Positions 37,383-48,259 are shown, numbered from the whole stretch's first letter. The stretch is DNA of 62,698 bases, filler included, from Pseudomonadota bacterium (GCA_043825735.1; 4 parts of 4 records of this genome joined end to end with filler, not necessarily neighbours in it); one strand, 5' to 3'. The notes: generated by a model not told the origin, from the letters alone. A program made the numbers and translations.

Positions 37383-38999
37383 ATGCACAGTCAGCACCGA
37401 CCGACCCTGCTCAAGAACGCAACGATCATCGACGGCACCGGTGCACCCGGATTTCCCGGAGACGTCCTGATTGTCGGCGGCAGCATTGCCGATGTGGCCC
37501 CCAAGATAATGGCAACAGAGGCCGAAACCGTCGATTGCGGCGGCAGGGTCGTTGCGCCGGGCTTTATCGACATGCACTCCCACAACGACTGGTTTCTGCC
37601 GTCGCCCGACCAGGAGATTTTCACCCGGAGTTTTCTGGATCAGGGCATCACGGCATTCGTCGGCGGCAACTGCGGATTCAGCGCGGCCAGCCTTGATCCG
37701 GAAAGCACCCATCACCGGACGGCGGCAGACAATCTGTTCCGCTCGGCCGGCATCACGCCGGACTGGCAGGGACTGCCCGGCTATGCCGCACGGCTGGCAG
37801 ATGCCGGCGCCACGACCAACATGGCGCTCCTGGCCGGCCACGGTACGGCGCGGGCCAACATCTGCGGATTCCAGTCCGCACCGCTTGACGGCGATCAGCG
37901 AAATAGACTGCTCTACACGCTGGAAAAAACCATGGACGACGGCGCCGTCGGGGTTTCCCTGGGCCTTCAGTACGAACCGGGCATCTTCGCCGGCCGGGAA
38001 GAGCTCCTGGCCGTGGCGCGTCTGGTGAAGCAAAAAGACAAAATCCTCACCGTCCACGCCCGGGCCCTGTCGGCCCTTTCCGGCACCTACCCCCTCAAGC
38101 CGTTCGGCCGGGCCCACAATCTGCTCGCCATCGAAGAGATGCTGTCCATCGCCCGCGAGACCGGGGTGCGGCTCCAGTTCTCACACCTCATCTTCGTCGG
38201 CAAAAAGTCATGGTCGACCCTCGATGAAGCGCTGTCGATCTTCGATGGCGCCATCGCCGACGGGGTGGACGTCAAATTCGACACCTACTCCCACCACTGC
38301 GGGGCGTCGCTCATCCACGTGGTGCTGCCCGGGTGGTTTCTGGCAAAGGTGCCCGAAGCCTACCACCGGACGGCGGACCGCCTTCGCCTGTGGGCAGAGA
38401 TGCAGGCCATGTCGCCGCTGCTGGGATTCGGCTATGGCGACATCTTGCTCACCTTTGCCGACGACGACGCATTCAACGCCCACAACGGCCGTTTCGTCAC
38501 CGATATCGCCGCCGCCCGGGGCACGTCCAATTTCCGCACCTTCATGGACATCACCATTGCCAGCCACGGACTGGCGCGGGTGCTCATGTTCCGCTACAGC
38601 ACACCCGAAATCGTCGGCGAGTTGATGCGCCAGCCGGCGTCCCTGTTCATGACCGATGCCTGGATCGAGCGACGCGGCATCCAGAACCCGGCCGCCTTCG
38701 GCGCCTTTCCCCGGTTTCTCCAGCGCGTGCGCGAGGAGAAGATCATCTCCCTGGAAGCGGCGGTCCACAAAATGACCGGAGCGGCTGCCGACCGGTTCGG
38801 TCTCACCGGCCGGGGCGTTTTAAAGCGGGGCAACGCCGCGGACGTCGTCGTTTTCGACGCCGGCGCCGTAGCCGATGGGACATCGCTGACTGCCACCGAC
38901 CGCGCCCCCACTGGCATCAACCATGTCTTCGTCAACGGCGTCCCCATGGCCGGCGACCTTGCGACGCCGGGAAAACGTCCCGGCAGTCTATTGATGTAA
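37383..38999 (+). CDS. N-acyl-D-amino-acid deacylase family amidohydrolase
   Basis: PGFIDMHSHND, GNCG, FPRFL, AVHKMTG, ADVVVFD motifs. Confidence 0.9.
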   Translation: MHSQHRPTLLKNATIIDGTGAPGFPGDVLIVGGSIADVAPKIMATEAETVDCGGRVVAPGFIDMHSHNDWFLPSPDQEIFTRSFLDQGITAFVGGNCGFSAASLDPESTHHRTAADNLFRSAGITPDWQGLPGYAARLADAGATTNMALLAGHGTARANICGFQSAPLDGDQRNRLLYTLEKTMDDGAVGVSLGLQYEPGIFAGREELLAVARLVKQKDKILTVHARALSALSGTYPLKPFGRAHNLLAIEEMLSIARETGVRLQFSHLIFVGKKSWSTLDEALSIFDGAIADGVDVKFDTYSHHCGASLIHVVLPGWFLAKVPEAYHRTADRLRLWAEMQAMSPLLGFGYGDILLTFADDDAFNAHNGRFVTDIAAARGTSNFRTFMDITIASHGLARVLMFRYSTPEIVGELMRQPASLFMTDAWIERRGIQNPAAFGAFPRFLQRVREEKIISLEAAVHKMTGAAADRFGLTGRGVLKRGNAADVVVFDAGAVADGTSLTATDRAPTGINHVFVNGVPMAGDLATPGKRPGSLLM

Positions 39000-39136
39000 A
39001 CCAACCTGAGCGATACTGGCCAACCTCAGCAGGCGCCGCTCTCCCGCCCCAACCGAACCGACTGAACCGGTGCTATCGGGCGGTATCGGGCGGGTGCGTT
39101 TTGCGCTTAGATGTCCCCACCGCCGATACGCTGCCG

Positions 39137-42100
39137 CTATTTTGTCAGGGCCAGCGGAAAGTCCATTCCCCGTGAGTCGACCACCGGATATTGCGCCTCT
39201 TGTTTGTATTTCTTCGTCAGATCCGGAAGGTGTTCCTCCACATACCCCATGAGCTTTCGGACCGTGACAACCCCCGTCCCCCCCGCGGCCTTGCCGCGGA
39301 GCCCCTCCAGAAGCGTGTAGGTGAAGACACCGTGGCCAAGCGCCTGAACTTCCGCGGCATACTGATCCTTTGCCGAGGCTGCGATGACGTGCACCCCGGT
39401 GGCCCGCGAGAGTTGAGACAATGATTTCCTGTCCTCGAACCCCCTTAAGGCCACCAGCACGGCGCCCGACTTGCAGGCATCGATCAGGACCAGGATCTTT
39501 TGTGCGGGAATGGTTTTGATATGCTCCGAAATCGTATCCGATGATATCCCTTTTGCCTGGATATCTTCCGGTCGCTCCGGATACGTGAGGTCATGTGGAA
39601 TGAAATACCACTTATCGTCCAAGCTCTCCCCGTGCCCGGCGAGATAGATCAGCACTGCATCCTGGAGTTGGGTGTTTTGAAGCTGTTTGAACGTCGCGAT
39701 CACGTTTTCTTTTGTGGCCTGCTCGTTGTAAACCTCGATGACGGCCACCTTCTTGAATATCCTCTGGCCGCTGTGAGCGAAAAACCCGCTGATCCCTCTG
39801 GCGTCGGGCTCTGCGTAGTTAAGATTCAAGGCCGGGTTGCGATAGCGGTTGATCCCTACGACGAGCACATACAGCGACACATCTGCCGGCGGCGCGGAAA
39901 GCGTCAGGGCGAGTTCTGCGGGATTAGATTCAGTCCTGTCCTTGCTGAAACCGATGGCACGGAAATAATTGGCCCCCTCCACCAGCGTAACGGTGTAGGT
40001 CTTCGTTACGACATCCCCCCGTGGAACAAGCGTGATCGCCCTGCGGTCTTCGCCGATCGCCTTCTCATTGTGATAGAGCCTGATCTCATCGATGCCGCCA
40101 CCGGTGTCTTTGGCGGACACGGTGACCGAAATGGTATCCGTTGATACGGGTGCATCCGGCACCGGAGCAGTAATGGTCACCGCCGGCGGCGTCATAAACC
40201 CTTTGCGGATATCGGCAACCGCTGCGCTCTCCCTGCCCTGAAGCGCCAAGGCGACACGAACCGGATTGAAAAAGGTTTCGTAGAAATTGTCGATGGCCAA
40301 GGCCTGATTGCCGACACGCACATTCAGATGCCTTGCCCCGTTCGGCGAGGCATTGAAGTACCCTGCCGGGGTGACGACGATCCATTCGCCGTCGGAGAAA
40401 CCGGCGAACTGGGCGATCTCTTTCCCGGTGGCCAGGTTCCAGAGCCGGGTCGACCCGTCGTGGCTTGCTGAGACCACGCTCTTGCCGTCCGCAGTGACGG
40501 CGACCGCCTTAACCCAGCCCGTATGCCCACTCAGCACCCGGATCTCCTCACCGCTCGCAACATCCCAGACTCTGAGCACATCATCGCTGCCCCCGGTGAT
40601 GGCAACCCTGCCGTCCCGGCTAAAGGCAATGGCATCGAGCCACGAGAGCGGTGTAATCGTTTTTCTCCCGAAGGCCCTGATCTGCTCGCCCGTCGCCATG
40701 TCCCAGAAACGGATCGGGTCGTCCATCGAGTCCATGCCCGCGGAAATGACGAACCGGCCGTCCGGACTGATGGCGACGGATGTAACGGCGCCCGTGTGTC
40801 CCTGGAGGGTCCTGATCGCCGTACCTGTGCCGATGTCCCACAGTTTGATTGTCTTATCGTTGCTGCCGGAGGCGGCATAACGGCCGTCCGGACTGACGGC
40901 GATGGCATTCACGGGCTTCGTGTGCCCAGTGAAACGCCGTAGAATCGAATCCCCCCCCTGCCCGATCCCCACACGTCCGACGGTTCGCGTCTTCCCATCG
41001 TCGTCCTCTAGCTTGGCCGCAGCGGGCACAATCGCGATATCGAGCGCCTGTTCGTTGCGGCGGATGGTGAACGTGAGGCGTTTACCGGCGTTTTTCTGAA
41101 CGATGCCGACAAAATCGTCCCAGAAGAACACCGGCGCGCCATCTATGGCGACGATGAGATCCCCTGTCAGCAGGCCGGCTTTTTCGGCCGACGAGCCCTT
41201 GCCGATCTGACCCGCGAGGATGCCCCGGAGGGCGCGCGAGATGTCCCACAGTTTCAGGGTGGAATCGCCCCCGCCGGTAATGGCAAACCGGCCGTCCGGC
41301 GTGAACGCCACCGCGTTGACCGTGCCCGATTCACCATAGAGGGTCTTTTCGGCCCTGCCGCTCGCCGCATCCCAGAGTTTCAGCGTCAAGTCGCCGTCTT
41401 GCAGCAAGACATACCGGCCATCCGGACTGACAGCGACAGACCGGCTCGAGCCGGAAAAGCCTTCCAATGATCCTATTTCCCGGCCGTTAACGATATCCCA
41501 GCGCCTCACGCCGGCGACGGCAAATCTCCCGTCACCGCTGACGGCCACCGAGGAGACAGAATCGGTATTTCCTTCAAACGCCCGGATCTGCCTGCCATCT
41601 GTGATATCCCAGAGTTTGAGGGTCCTATGGCTGCCCGAAACGGCATGCCGGCCGTCCGGACTCATGGCGACCGCGGTCACCCAATTGCGATGGCCTTCGA
41701 ATCTTCTGACCTCCCTTCCGGTGTCGGCATCCCAGAGCCTCAGCGTATCGTCGACGCTGCCGGAGAGAACATACCGGCCATCGGGGCTGATGGCCGCGGC
41801 CAGCACCCTTTCCCCGTGCCCTTTGAGCGTCGTGATTTCCCGGCCGCTGGCGACATCCCAGACTTTGACGCTCTTGTCATCACTGGCTGAAACGATGCGT
41901 TTGCCATCTGCGCTGATGGCGATGGTTCCGATGCTGCGTGAATGCCCCGCGAACACCCGGATCTGCCTGCCGGTGGCCACTTCCCAAAGACTCAGGACAT
42001 GACCGTCACCGCCGCTGTTTGAGACGACAAACCGGCCGTCCGGCGTAATTGCCAAGGCATTGACTCCACGATAATCACCAAAGGCCCTGATGATCCTGCC

Positions 42101-42631
42101 GGTGGCAATTTCCCACAAGGTCAATGTCTTGTTTTTCACATCCCACGAGCCGTCCGACCCGGTGATCAGATGCCGCCCATCCGGTGTGAAAACCACGGAC
42201 TTCACCGGCTGCGAATGCCCCGTAAAGGATCTGAGTTCCCGGCCGCTGGTCAACTCCCAGAGAATGAGGTTTTTGCCGGTATTGCCACCAAAGAACCTGC
42301 AGGCGGAAGCGGCGTAGCGCCCATCCGGACTGACAGCCACAGACACGACATTATCAGGATGCCCTTTGAATGTCCGAATTTCCCTGCCGCTGTCGATATC
42401 CCACAGCTTCAGGGTTCTGTCGTCACTGCCGGAAATGACAAATTTGCCGTCGGCGCTGATGGCGATGGCGTTGATGCTGCTGGAATGCCCCAGTTGCAGG
42501 AATAGCTCCGGCGGCTCGGCGGCCGGGCACGTGGTGGACAGGAGGATAAACAAAAAAAGAATTACGGAAATCAAGCAAACGGCGGCGGGTCGATTCGGAA
42601 ATGAAAACGCACTTTGTGGCATGCTTGTCAC
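39137..42631 (-). CDS. WD40-repeat / PDZ / caspase-like (C14) protein
   Basis: Signal/TM segment, about 15 GH...WD repeats, PDZ (SSAEKAGLLTGDLIVAIDG), caspase AGHG and DACKSG. Confidence 0.92.
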   Translation of the reverse strand: MTSMPQSAFSFPNRPAAVCLISVILFLFILLSTTCPAAEPPELFLQLGHSSSINAIAISADGKFVISGSDDRTLKLWDIDSGREIRTFKGHPDNVVSVAVSPDGRYAASACRFFGGNTGKNLILWELTSGRELRSFTGHSQPVKSVVFTPDGRHLITGSDGSWDVKNKTLTLWEIATGRIIRAFGDYRGVNALAITPDGRFVVSNSGGDGHVLSLWEVATGRQIRVFAGHSRSIGTIAISADGKRIVSASDDKSVKVWDVASGREITTLKGHGERVLAAAISPDGRYVLSGSVDDTLRLWDADTGREVRRFEGHRNWVTAVAMSPDGRHAVSGSHRTLKLWDITDGRQIRAFEGNTDSVSSVAVSGDGRFAVAGVRRWDIVNGREIGSLEGFSGSSRSVAVSPDGRYVLLQDGDLTLKLWDAASGRAEKTLYGESGTVNAVAFTPDGRFAITGGGDSTLKLWDISRALRGILAGQIGKGSSAEKAGLLTGDLIVAIDGAPVFFWDDFVGIVQKNAGKRLTFTIRRNEQALDIAIVPAAAKLEDDDGKTRTVGRVGIGQGGDSILRRFTGHTKPVNAIAVSPDGRYAASGSNDKTIKLWDIGTGTAIRTLQGHTGAVTSVAISPDGRFVISAGMDSMDDPIRFWDMATGEQIRAFGRKTITPLSWLDAIAFSRDGRVAITGGSDDVLRVWDVASGEEIRVLSGHTGWVKAVAVTADGKSVVSASHDGSTRLWNLATGKEIAQFAGFSDGEWIVVTPAGYFNASPNGARHLNVRVGNQALAIDNFYETFFNPVRVALALQGRESAAVADIRKGFMTPPAVTITAPVPDAPVSTDTISVTVSAKDTGGGIDEIRLYHNEKAIGEDRRAITLVPRGDVVTKTYTVTLVEGANYFRAIGFSKDRTESNPAELALTLSAPPADVSLYVLVVGINRYRNPALNLNYAEPDARGISGFFAHSGQRIFKKVAVIEVYNEQATKENVIATFKQLQNTQLQDAVLIYLAGHGESLDDKWYFIPHDLTYPERPEDIQAKGISSDTISEHIKTIPAQKILVLIDACKSGAVLVALRGFEDRKSLSQLSRATGVHVIAASAKDQYAAEVQALGHGVFTYTLLEGLRGKAAGGTGVVTVRKLMGYVEEHLPDLTKKYKQEAQYPVVDSRGMDFPLALTK

Positions 42632-42812
42632 TCCTGACCATGAGATCGATATGAGGTATCTGCCACACCCGGGATTTCAGCATCTAAATACCTAATCGCT
42701 TTAGAAAAGTTTTTCAACCGTCTGGCAAGTCCGGCAGTCGTAGGCTTGTGAGCACACAACGAATGAGTCCGGCATACCGTGGAATGACTTCAGAAAAAGC
42801 TGTATTTAAATT

Positions 42813-45227
42813 TCAAGGATTCAATTGCCCCTTAGCTTCATCCAGCACTTTTCTGATTTTCTGTGAAAGCTCAGAAATATTATACGGTTTTTGAATGAAG
42901 CCGTTGCAGCCCCTGCGAATAATTTTTTCCGCATGGCCGTTGATCGCATATCCGCTGGAAAGAAGAACCGGCATGGTCGAATGGATCTGGCGAATGCAAT
43001 CGAATGTCGTGCCGCCGTCCATTCCCGGCATGATCATGTCAAGAATCACCAGATCGATTTCCGCTGTCATGTCCGTGATCACCTTGACGGCCTCCTGACC
43101 GCCCATGCAAGCCACGACACGATAGCCCAGACGCTCCAGCATGGCCTTGCCGACATCAATGATCAACGCTTCATCGTCAATGAGAAGAATGGTCGCCGAT
43201 CCCTTGATGAGTGCGCCTTCGATGGGAACCTCCGGATGCGCTTCTTTATCGGATACCGGCAGGTAGATGTTGAATGTGGTTCCGTGGCCCACTTCACTGT
43301 ATACAGTGATCATACCGCCGTGATTCTTGATGATTCCGTACGCTGAAGCCAGCCCCAAACCGGTTCCGCGGCTCTTTTCCTTGGTTGTGAAAAACGGATC
43401 GAAAATTTGCAGACGGACTGCTTCGCTCATGCCGGCGCCGGTATCCGTGATCGAAACCTTGACATAACGCCCCGGTGTTGCCTGATGGGGTTTGCAGTAC
43501 GCCTCATCCAGCGTGACGATCATTGTCTCCAAATACAATTCACCGCCTACCGGGGGCATGGCCTGCCAGGCATTGATATACATGTTCAAAAGCACCTGCT
43601 CGATCTGTCCCCTGTCGGCCTCCACCACCAGGGGGAATGCCTGACACTTGGTGTGGATGCGCACTTCCTTTTTCGTCCGGCTGAACATGGCGGAACTGCC
43701 GTGAACCAATTCATTCATATCGACGGGTTTGACTGTATATTTGCCGCCCCTGGCAAAGCCAAGCAGTTGCTGGGTGAGGTTTGTCGCGCTGCGGATGTAT
43801 TCTTCTATGGCACGGATTTGTTCCCGATGCGGATGGGAAGCATCCAGATCCAGTGACATCAGTGAAGCACGGCCCTGAATGCCCATGAGCAGGTTGTTGA
43901 AATCATGGGCAACCCCGCCGGCAAGCGTGCCGATCGCTTCAAATTTTTGCGCCTGTTGAAGTTTTGCTGCAACCAGTTTGTTTTCACTAATGTCCCGTGT
44001 GATGGAGATAATGTGCGGGACGCTTTTCAGCGAAATGACCCTGGCAGACATCAATCCCGTAATGAGGCTGCCGTCTTTCCGCCGGAATTGCGCTTCGAGG
44101 TTTTCGTAGTACCCTTTTTCTTGAAGACCTTGAACCAACTTTTGCCGGTCGGCGGGATCATGCCATATGTTGATTTCCAAAGACGTTCTGCCGATAATCT
44201 CTTCACGGGTATAGCCAATCGCCCGGATGAACCCTTCATTGACATCCACATATAGGCCGTCTTCAAGACGATTGATGTTCACTGCATCTGGGCTGGAACT
44301 ATACGTCAACCGGAATTTTTCCTCGCTTTCTCGAAGCGCCGCTTCTGTTCGTTTGCGGTCGGTAATGTCCCGGGACACGGCAAGAATTTCAACAGCGTTG
44401 CCGTCCTTGTCGCGCAAATAAGAAAAGCTGACTTCCAGCCAGACCGTCGAGCCATCCTTTTTGTATTCTTCCAACTCCATGGTCAGCGTTCTATCGGGGT
44501 CAGCCGTTCCGCTGGCCTCCAGCAGCATTTCTTTTTCAAAGACAGCAAGGGCGGTTTTCATGGATTCAGGGGTTAAAACCTGCTCCACGCTTTGCGCCAT
44601 GGCCTCCTCGACAGTGAATCCACGAATACGCTTGCTGGCAGGACTAACATAGGTAAAGCGCAGATTCATATCCAGGATCGATATCAGGTCAACCGTGTTT
44701 TCCGCAATCAACCGGAATTTTTCCTCGCTTTCCCGAAGTGCCTCTTCCGCTCGCTTTTGATCCGTCATATCTATCAGAATTGCCATGGCGCCGATAACGT
44801 TGCCGTGACTATCACGAATAGGGTTTATCCTGTAATGCAGATAGGCCTTTTTACCCCATTTCGATACGTAGTAATTTTCGGTAGTGGTCGATCTGTTTTT
44901 TTCGATACATTGCTTTATTGCCGCCGCCACACCCGCCTTTTTAAGCGGTTCGTATTCAAAAGCATTGATGACCTTTTTGGTTGCTTCCTCGGAGGGAGAC
45001 CCATAAATTTCTAAGGCCTTGCTGTTGATGCTTAAAACATTTCCGCTCACATCAACGGAGACAACACCGGTGGGAGAGTTTTCGACAATACCGCGATACT
45101 TCTCCTCACTTTCTCGGAGAGCTGCCACGGCTTTATCCCGCTCGTGATCGACGCGCTCTAATTCCTGAACCCTTTGTGCCAGCTCTTCATAAGTAGGCTT
45201 ATCCGGCGATATCATTTTTTCCGCCAC
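42813..45227 (-). CDS. PAS-domain hybrid sensor histidine kinase / response regulator
   Basis: Three PAS domains, AHDFNNLL, FFTTK..GTGLGL, C-terminal receiver. Confidence 0.95.
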   Translation of the reverse strand: MAEKMISPDKPTYEELAQRVQELERVDHERDKAVAALRESEEKYRGIVENSPTGVVSVDVSGNVLSINSKALEIYGSPSEEATKKVINAFEYEPLKKAGVAAAIKQCIEKNRSTTTENYYVSKWGKKAYLHYRINPIRDSHGNVIGAMAILIDMTDQKRAEEALRESEEKFRLIAENTVDLISILDMNLRFTYVSPASKRIRGFTVEEAMAQSVEQVLTPESMKTALAVFEKEMLLEASGTADPDRTLTMELEEYKKDGSTVWLEVSFSYLRDKDGNAVEILAVSRDITDRKRTEAALRESEEKFRLTYSSSPDAVNINRLEDGLYVDVNEGFIRAIGYTREEIIGRTSLEINIWHDPADRQKLVQGLQEKGYYENLEAQFRRKDGSLITGLMSARVISLKSVPHIISITRDISENKLVAAKLQQAQKFEAIGTLAGGVAHDFNNLLMGIQGRASLMSLDLDASHPHREQIRAIEEYIRSATNLTQQLLGFARGGKYTVKPVDMNELVHGSSAMFSRTKKEVRIHTKCQAFPLVVEADRGQIEQVLLNMYINAWQAMPPVGGELYLETMIVTLDEAYCKPHQATPGRYVKVSITDTGAGMSEAVRLQIFDPFFTTKEKSRGTGLGLASAYGIIKNHGGMITVYSEVGHGTTFNIYLPVSDKEAHPEVPIEGALIKGSATILLIDDEALIIDVGKAMLERLGYRVVACMGGQEAVKVITDMTAEIDLVILDMIMPGMDGGTTFDCIRQIHSTMPVLLSSGYAINGHAEKIIRRGCNGFIQKPYNISELSQKIRKVLDEAKGQLNP

Positions 45228-45407
45228 CGTGACCTTGTCGTGTTTTAATTACAATCCGTGAAAATAAAACCTAAATTGATCGATTCTGGTTTTTAACAGA
45301 GCTATGCCCGGCAAACGAAGCCTTGCAATAGAAATTTGCTGGCCAGTTTCGCAAATTCCCCAGAAAATTATGGGCAAACAGTAATTTCGAGTGCCGGTTG
45401 TTCCTGG

Positions 45408-45507
45408 NNNNNNNNNNNNNNNNNNNNNNNNNNNNNNNNNNNNNNNNNNNNTTAATTAATTAANNNNNNNNNNNNNNNNNNNNNNNNNNNNNNNNNNNNN
45501 NNNNNNN
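45408..45507. other. Assembly linker (contig join)
   Basis: N run + TTAATTAATTAA + N run. Confidence 0.99.
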
Positions 45508-45630
45508 GGGTTTGACGGCGCAGCGTGCTTTTGATGCCGGAATGAATCGTGTCCGGCGTTTTCCAAGCACAGCGCCCGGTTTTTCGATACCGATAGCGAT
45601 CCCGATTTCGAGGTCACAGCCCAAACGGAT

Positions 45631-45659
45631 AAGTTAGCGCATATGGGGATAAACCCCGC
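45631..45659 (+). repeat. Inverted repeat, left copy
   Basis: AAGTTAGCGCATATGGGG-N5-CCCCGC; reverse-complement copy at 57755-57783. Confidence 0.7.
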
Positions 45660-45841
45660 ATCCTACATGGTTGAGTGGTCTCCGGTATCCATATGGAATG
45701 CCGCGATGGACGCTTCGTTGCAGCGACGAATTTCATATGTCCAATCTGCGTCTGCCCATTCATTGGAGAATGGTGCATAACCATGTTCAGGAATTCAGGG
45801 ATTGAGGTCGAAAGACGTTCTTTATTTGCTTGCCCAAATAA

Positions 45842-45946
45842 GACAAACTCGTAAAAAAGCAATTGTCTCGCCAAGGCGCCAAGCGCGCCAAGAAAAATTT
45901 ATTTAGTATTAATGTGTTAGCTTTGCGATCGTTGCGGTTTTGCGAG
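45842..45946. repeat. MITE-like element (CGCCAAG/CGCAAAG core)
   Basis: GACAAACTCGTAAAAAAGC...; reverse complement of the element at 62062-62196. Confidence 0.75.
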
Positions 45947-46062
45947 CTACGGCGGGCTCAAACAGGCAACCCCCCAATGCAGCGTGGCGACGCCGGAGCG
46001 TCGCCACGAGTTGCTTTTTCATAAAAACGCTGGGCGACCGACAGGTCGCCCAGCGTTTTTGG

Positions 46063-47463
46063 TTATTTGCCGAAGATCTTCACCGGGCGGGTGGTGTCGC
46101 CCGTGGCATTGGGAAAGTCCTTGGCAATATAGGCCTTCTGGCCCGTTTCGATCAGGTGGTTAGCTTCTTCCATGTAGTTGTTGAAGCGCAGCTTGCATTC
46201 ATAAAAGCCGTGCCACCAGGCGTAGTCGGGCGCCATCATCATAGTCCCCATGCGGGCGCGGCGGCCTTCATGGTGCCAGAGTTCGTAGAACTCCACTTCA
46301 AGGCGCTCGTCGAAGTACTTGGTCTTGTCCAGAAGCCCCTTTTCGTAGAGTTCGTCGAGTTTGGCCTTGGCCGGTTTGTAGTAAACCTCGTTATACTCAC
46401 CGATGGCCTTGTCATAGCTGCCGTAGAAATCATCAATCCAGGAATCACCGTGGCAGGAGCGGCAGACGTTTTTCATTTTTTCGCGCTCTACCTGCCAGTC
46501 GGTCCCTGACGGGAATGGCTTGAAGTCCTGGGGGCGCACGGTCAACGGTGCCTGAGTTTCCCAGGAAATGCGCTCTGTGACATCATGGGTCCCCATGACC
46601 TTGCCGGTGCCTGACATGTGACAGGCCGCGCAGGTGGGCGCGCGGTAGTCGGTGCCGGGCGTCCAGGCGCCGGGAGCCGACTTGAAGTTGGACTCATTTT
46701 TAAAGGCGCTGTGGATCGTTCCGTGCTTGGACTCCTGGTAGATTTCAATCTGGGGATGATCCGGCCCCAGGTGGCACGAGTCGCAGGCCTCGGGTTGACG
46801 GGCCTCGGCCACAGAGAACCGGTGGCGGGTGTGGCAGGAGGTGCACGATCCCTTGCTGCCGTCCAGGTTCAGACGCCCCACACCAACATTGGGCCAGGTG
46901 GCCGGGTCGAGTTTGCCCTTGTCGTCGATGGCAACCACGGTGCCGTGACAGTGCAGACAGCCGACCTTTCGCTCAGTGTCGGAGTTCATCCCCTTGTTCA
47001 GCCAGGGGTCGAGCTTCCACATGATCTCAATGGTATTGGCGTGCTTGCTCTTGCTGTACTGGGTCACCTCGTCGGGATGACAGCGGGAGCAATCCTTGGG
47101 CGTCACGATGGCGGCGATGGGCACTTTGTATTTTTCTTCACCGTAGGGCAGGTCCTTTCGGGCATAATACTTTTCGTGTCCCAGGGCGACGTCCTTGTCG
47201 CCGGGCTGCGCCAAATGGCAGTCCAGGCAGGTAATATTGGCGCTGGCATGGCGGCTCATGGACCAATCTCCGAAGAGCCCCGGGTTGGTGGCCTTGTGAC
47301 ATTCGATGCAGGCGACCGCTTCCGGGGGAATACTTCTTTCGATGCGGTATTCCTTCACCTTGGGGAAATTGGGCTGCTGAGCCTGGGCGCCGATCATCGT
47401 GCCGGAAAGCATCAAACCGGCCGCCAGCAACCCAACGCTCATCAACAACGGGTATCGCCTCAT
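46063..47463 (-). CDS. Octaheme cytochrome c, hydroxylamine oxidoreductase family (epsilonHao-like)
   Basis: Eight CxxCH motifs, HLGPDHPQIEIY, WHHEGRRARMG...APDYAWWHG; signal peptide from ATG 47463. Confidence 0.88.
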   Translation of the reverse strand: MRRYPLLMSVGLLAAGLMLSGTMIGAQAQQPNFPKVKEYRIERSIPPEAVACIECHKATNPGLFGDWSMSRHASANITCLDCHLAQPGDKDVALGHEKYYARKDLPYGEEKYKVPIAAIVTPKDCSRCHPDEVTQYSKSKHANTIEIMWKLDPWLNKGMNSDTERKVGCLHCHGTVVAIDDKGKLDPATWPNVGVGRLNLDGSKGSCTSCHTRHRFSVAEARQPEACDSCHLGPDHPQIEIYQESKHGTIHSAFKNESNFKSAPGAWTPGTDYRAPTCAACHMSGTGKVMGTHDVTERISWETQAPLTVRPQDFKPFPSGTDWQVEREKMKNVCRSCHGDSWIDDFYGSYDKAIGEYNEVYYKPAKAKLDELYEKGLLDKTKYFDERLEVEFYELWHHEGRRARMGTMMMAPDYAWWHGFYECKLRFNNYMEEANHLIETGQKAYIAKDFPNATGDTTRPVKIFGK

Positions 47464-47521
47464 CTCTTGCGCTCCTTTCGGTTGTTTTGCAGTCAGCCGG
47501 AGGGATTTTCCCCCCCGTCTA

Positions 47522-48088
47522 TTACAATTGACGCAACCCCTTGGCCTGATAAGGGGTCTTTCGGTACTGTTTGTACATGACGCTGCCGCGGTCGGTGTGA
47601 ACCAGGTCGTAGTGGCAGTCGATGCATTTTTTCTCATAGCCCGGCCTGGCATAGATTACAGTACGGTGGGCCAGCATGGCACCGCGCTTGTCGGGCATGT
47701 CGAGAATGTTGCGGTGGCATTTCTGGCATTCGGCATTGCTGAAGGCGGCGTAGGCTTTGGCGCGCTGCTCGGCACGGTCGTAGGTGCCCGGCTTCAGGAA
47801 GTGTACCGCCACGTCTTTGATGCCGTGGTAGGTTTTGGCGAAAAAGAAGTTGAACGTGTCATGGGGGGGCGGCAGGTGGCAGTCCATGCAATCGGCCACA
47901 AACCCCTGCGGATTGTTGACATGGGTCGAGGTCCGCCACGCCATCACCGCTGGTTGAATTTCATGGCAGGAGGCACAGAACTCCGGCGTGGAGGTGCGTA
48001 CCATCGTGTAGTAGGTCATGCTGAACAGGGGAAAGGCGATGGCAACGCCGAATGCAACCAGGGCCGAAGCCAGCAGGACTTTTTTCAT
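47522..48088 (-). CDS. NapC/NirT-family tetraheme cytochrome c
   Basis: N-terminal TM helix, TSTPEFCASCHE, four CxxCH. Confidence 0.92.
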   Translation of the reverse strand: MKKVLLASALVAFGVAIAFPLFSMTYYTMVRTSTPEFCASCHEIQPAVMAWRTSTHVNNPQGFVADCMDCHLPPPHDTFNFFFAKTYHGIKDVAVHFLKPGTYDRAEQRAKAYAAFSNAECQKCHRNILDMPDKRGAMLAHRTVIYARPGYEKKCIDCHYDLVHTDRGSVMYKQYRKTPYQAKGLRQL

Positions 48089-48184
48089 GGGGTTTCCCCG
48101 TACTGGGATGAAATGCAATTGAGATTAAATGGCCGGACAGACCGATAATATTGCCAAATATACCAGGGAAGGCTATTAAGGGGC

Positions 48185-48211
48185 TGTAAAAGCCTGTAAA
48201 GAAAATGTAAA
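48185..48211. promoter_or_regulatory. Direct-repeat site (putative OmpR-family binding)
   Basis: TGTAAA at 48185, 48195 and 48206 in the divergent intergenic region. Confidence 0.5.
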
Positions 48212-48259
48212 ATATTTCACTCCGGCTGCCTTCTCACCATTTTTCCGGGAGGGGCGCGA

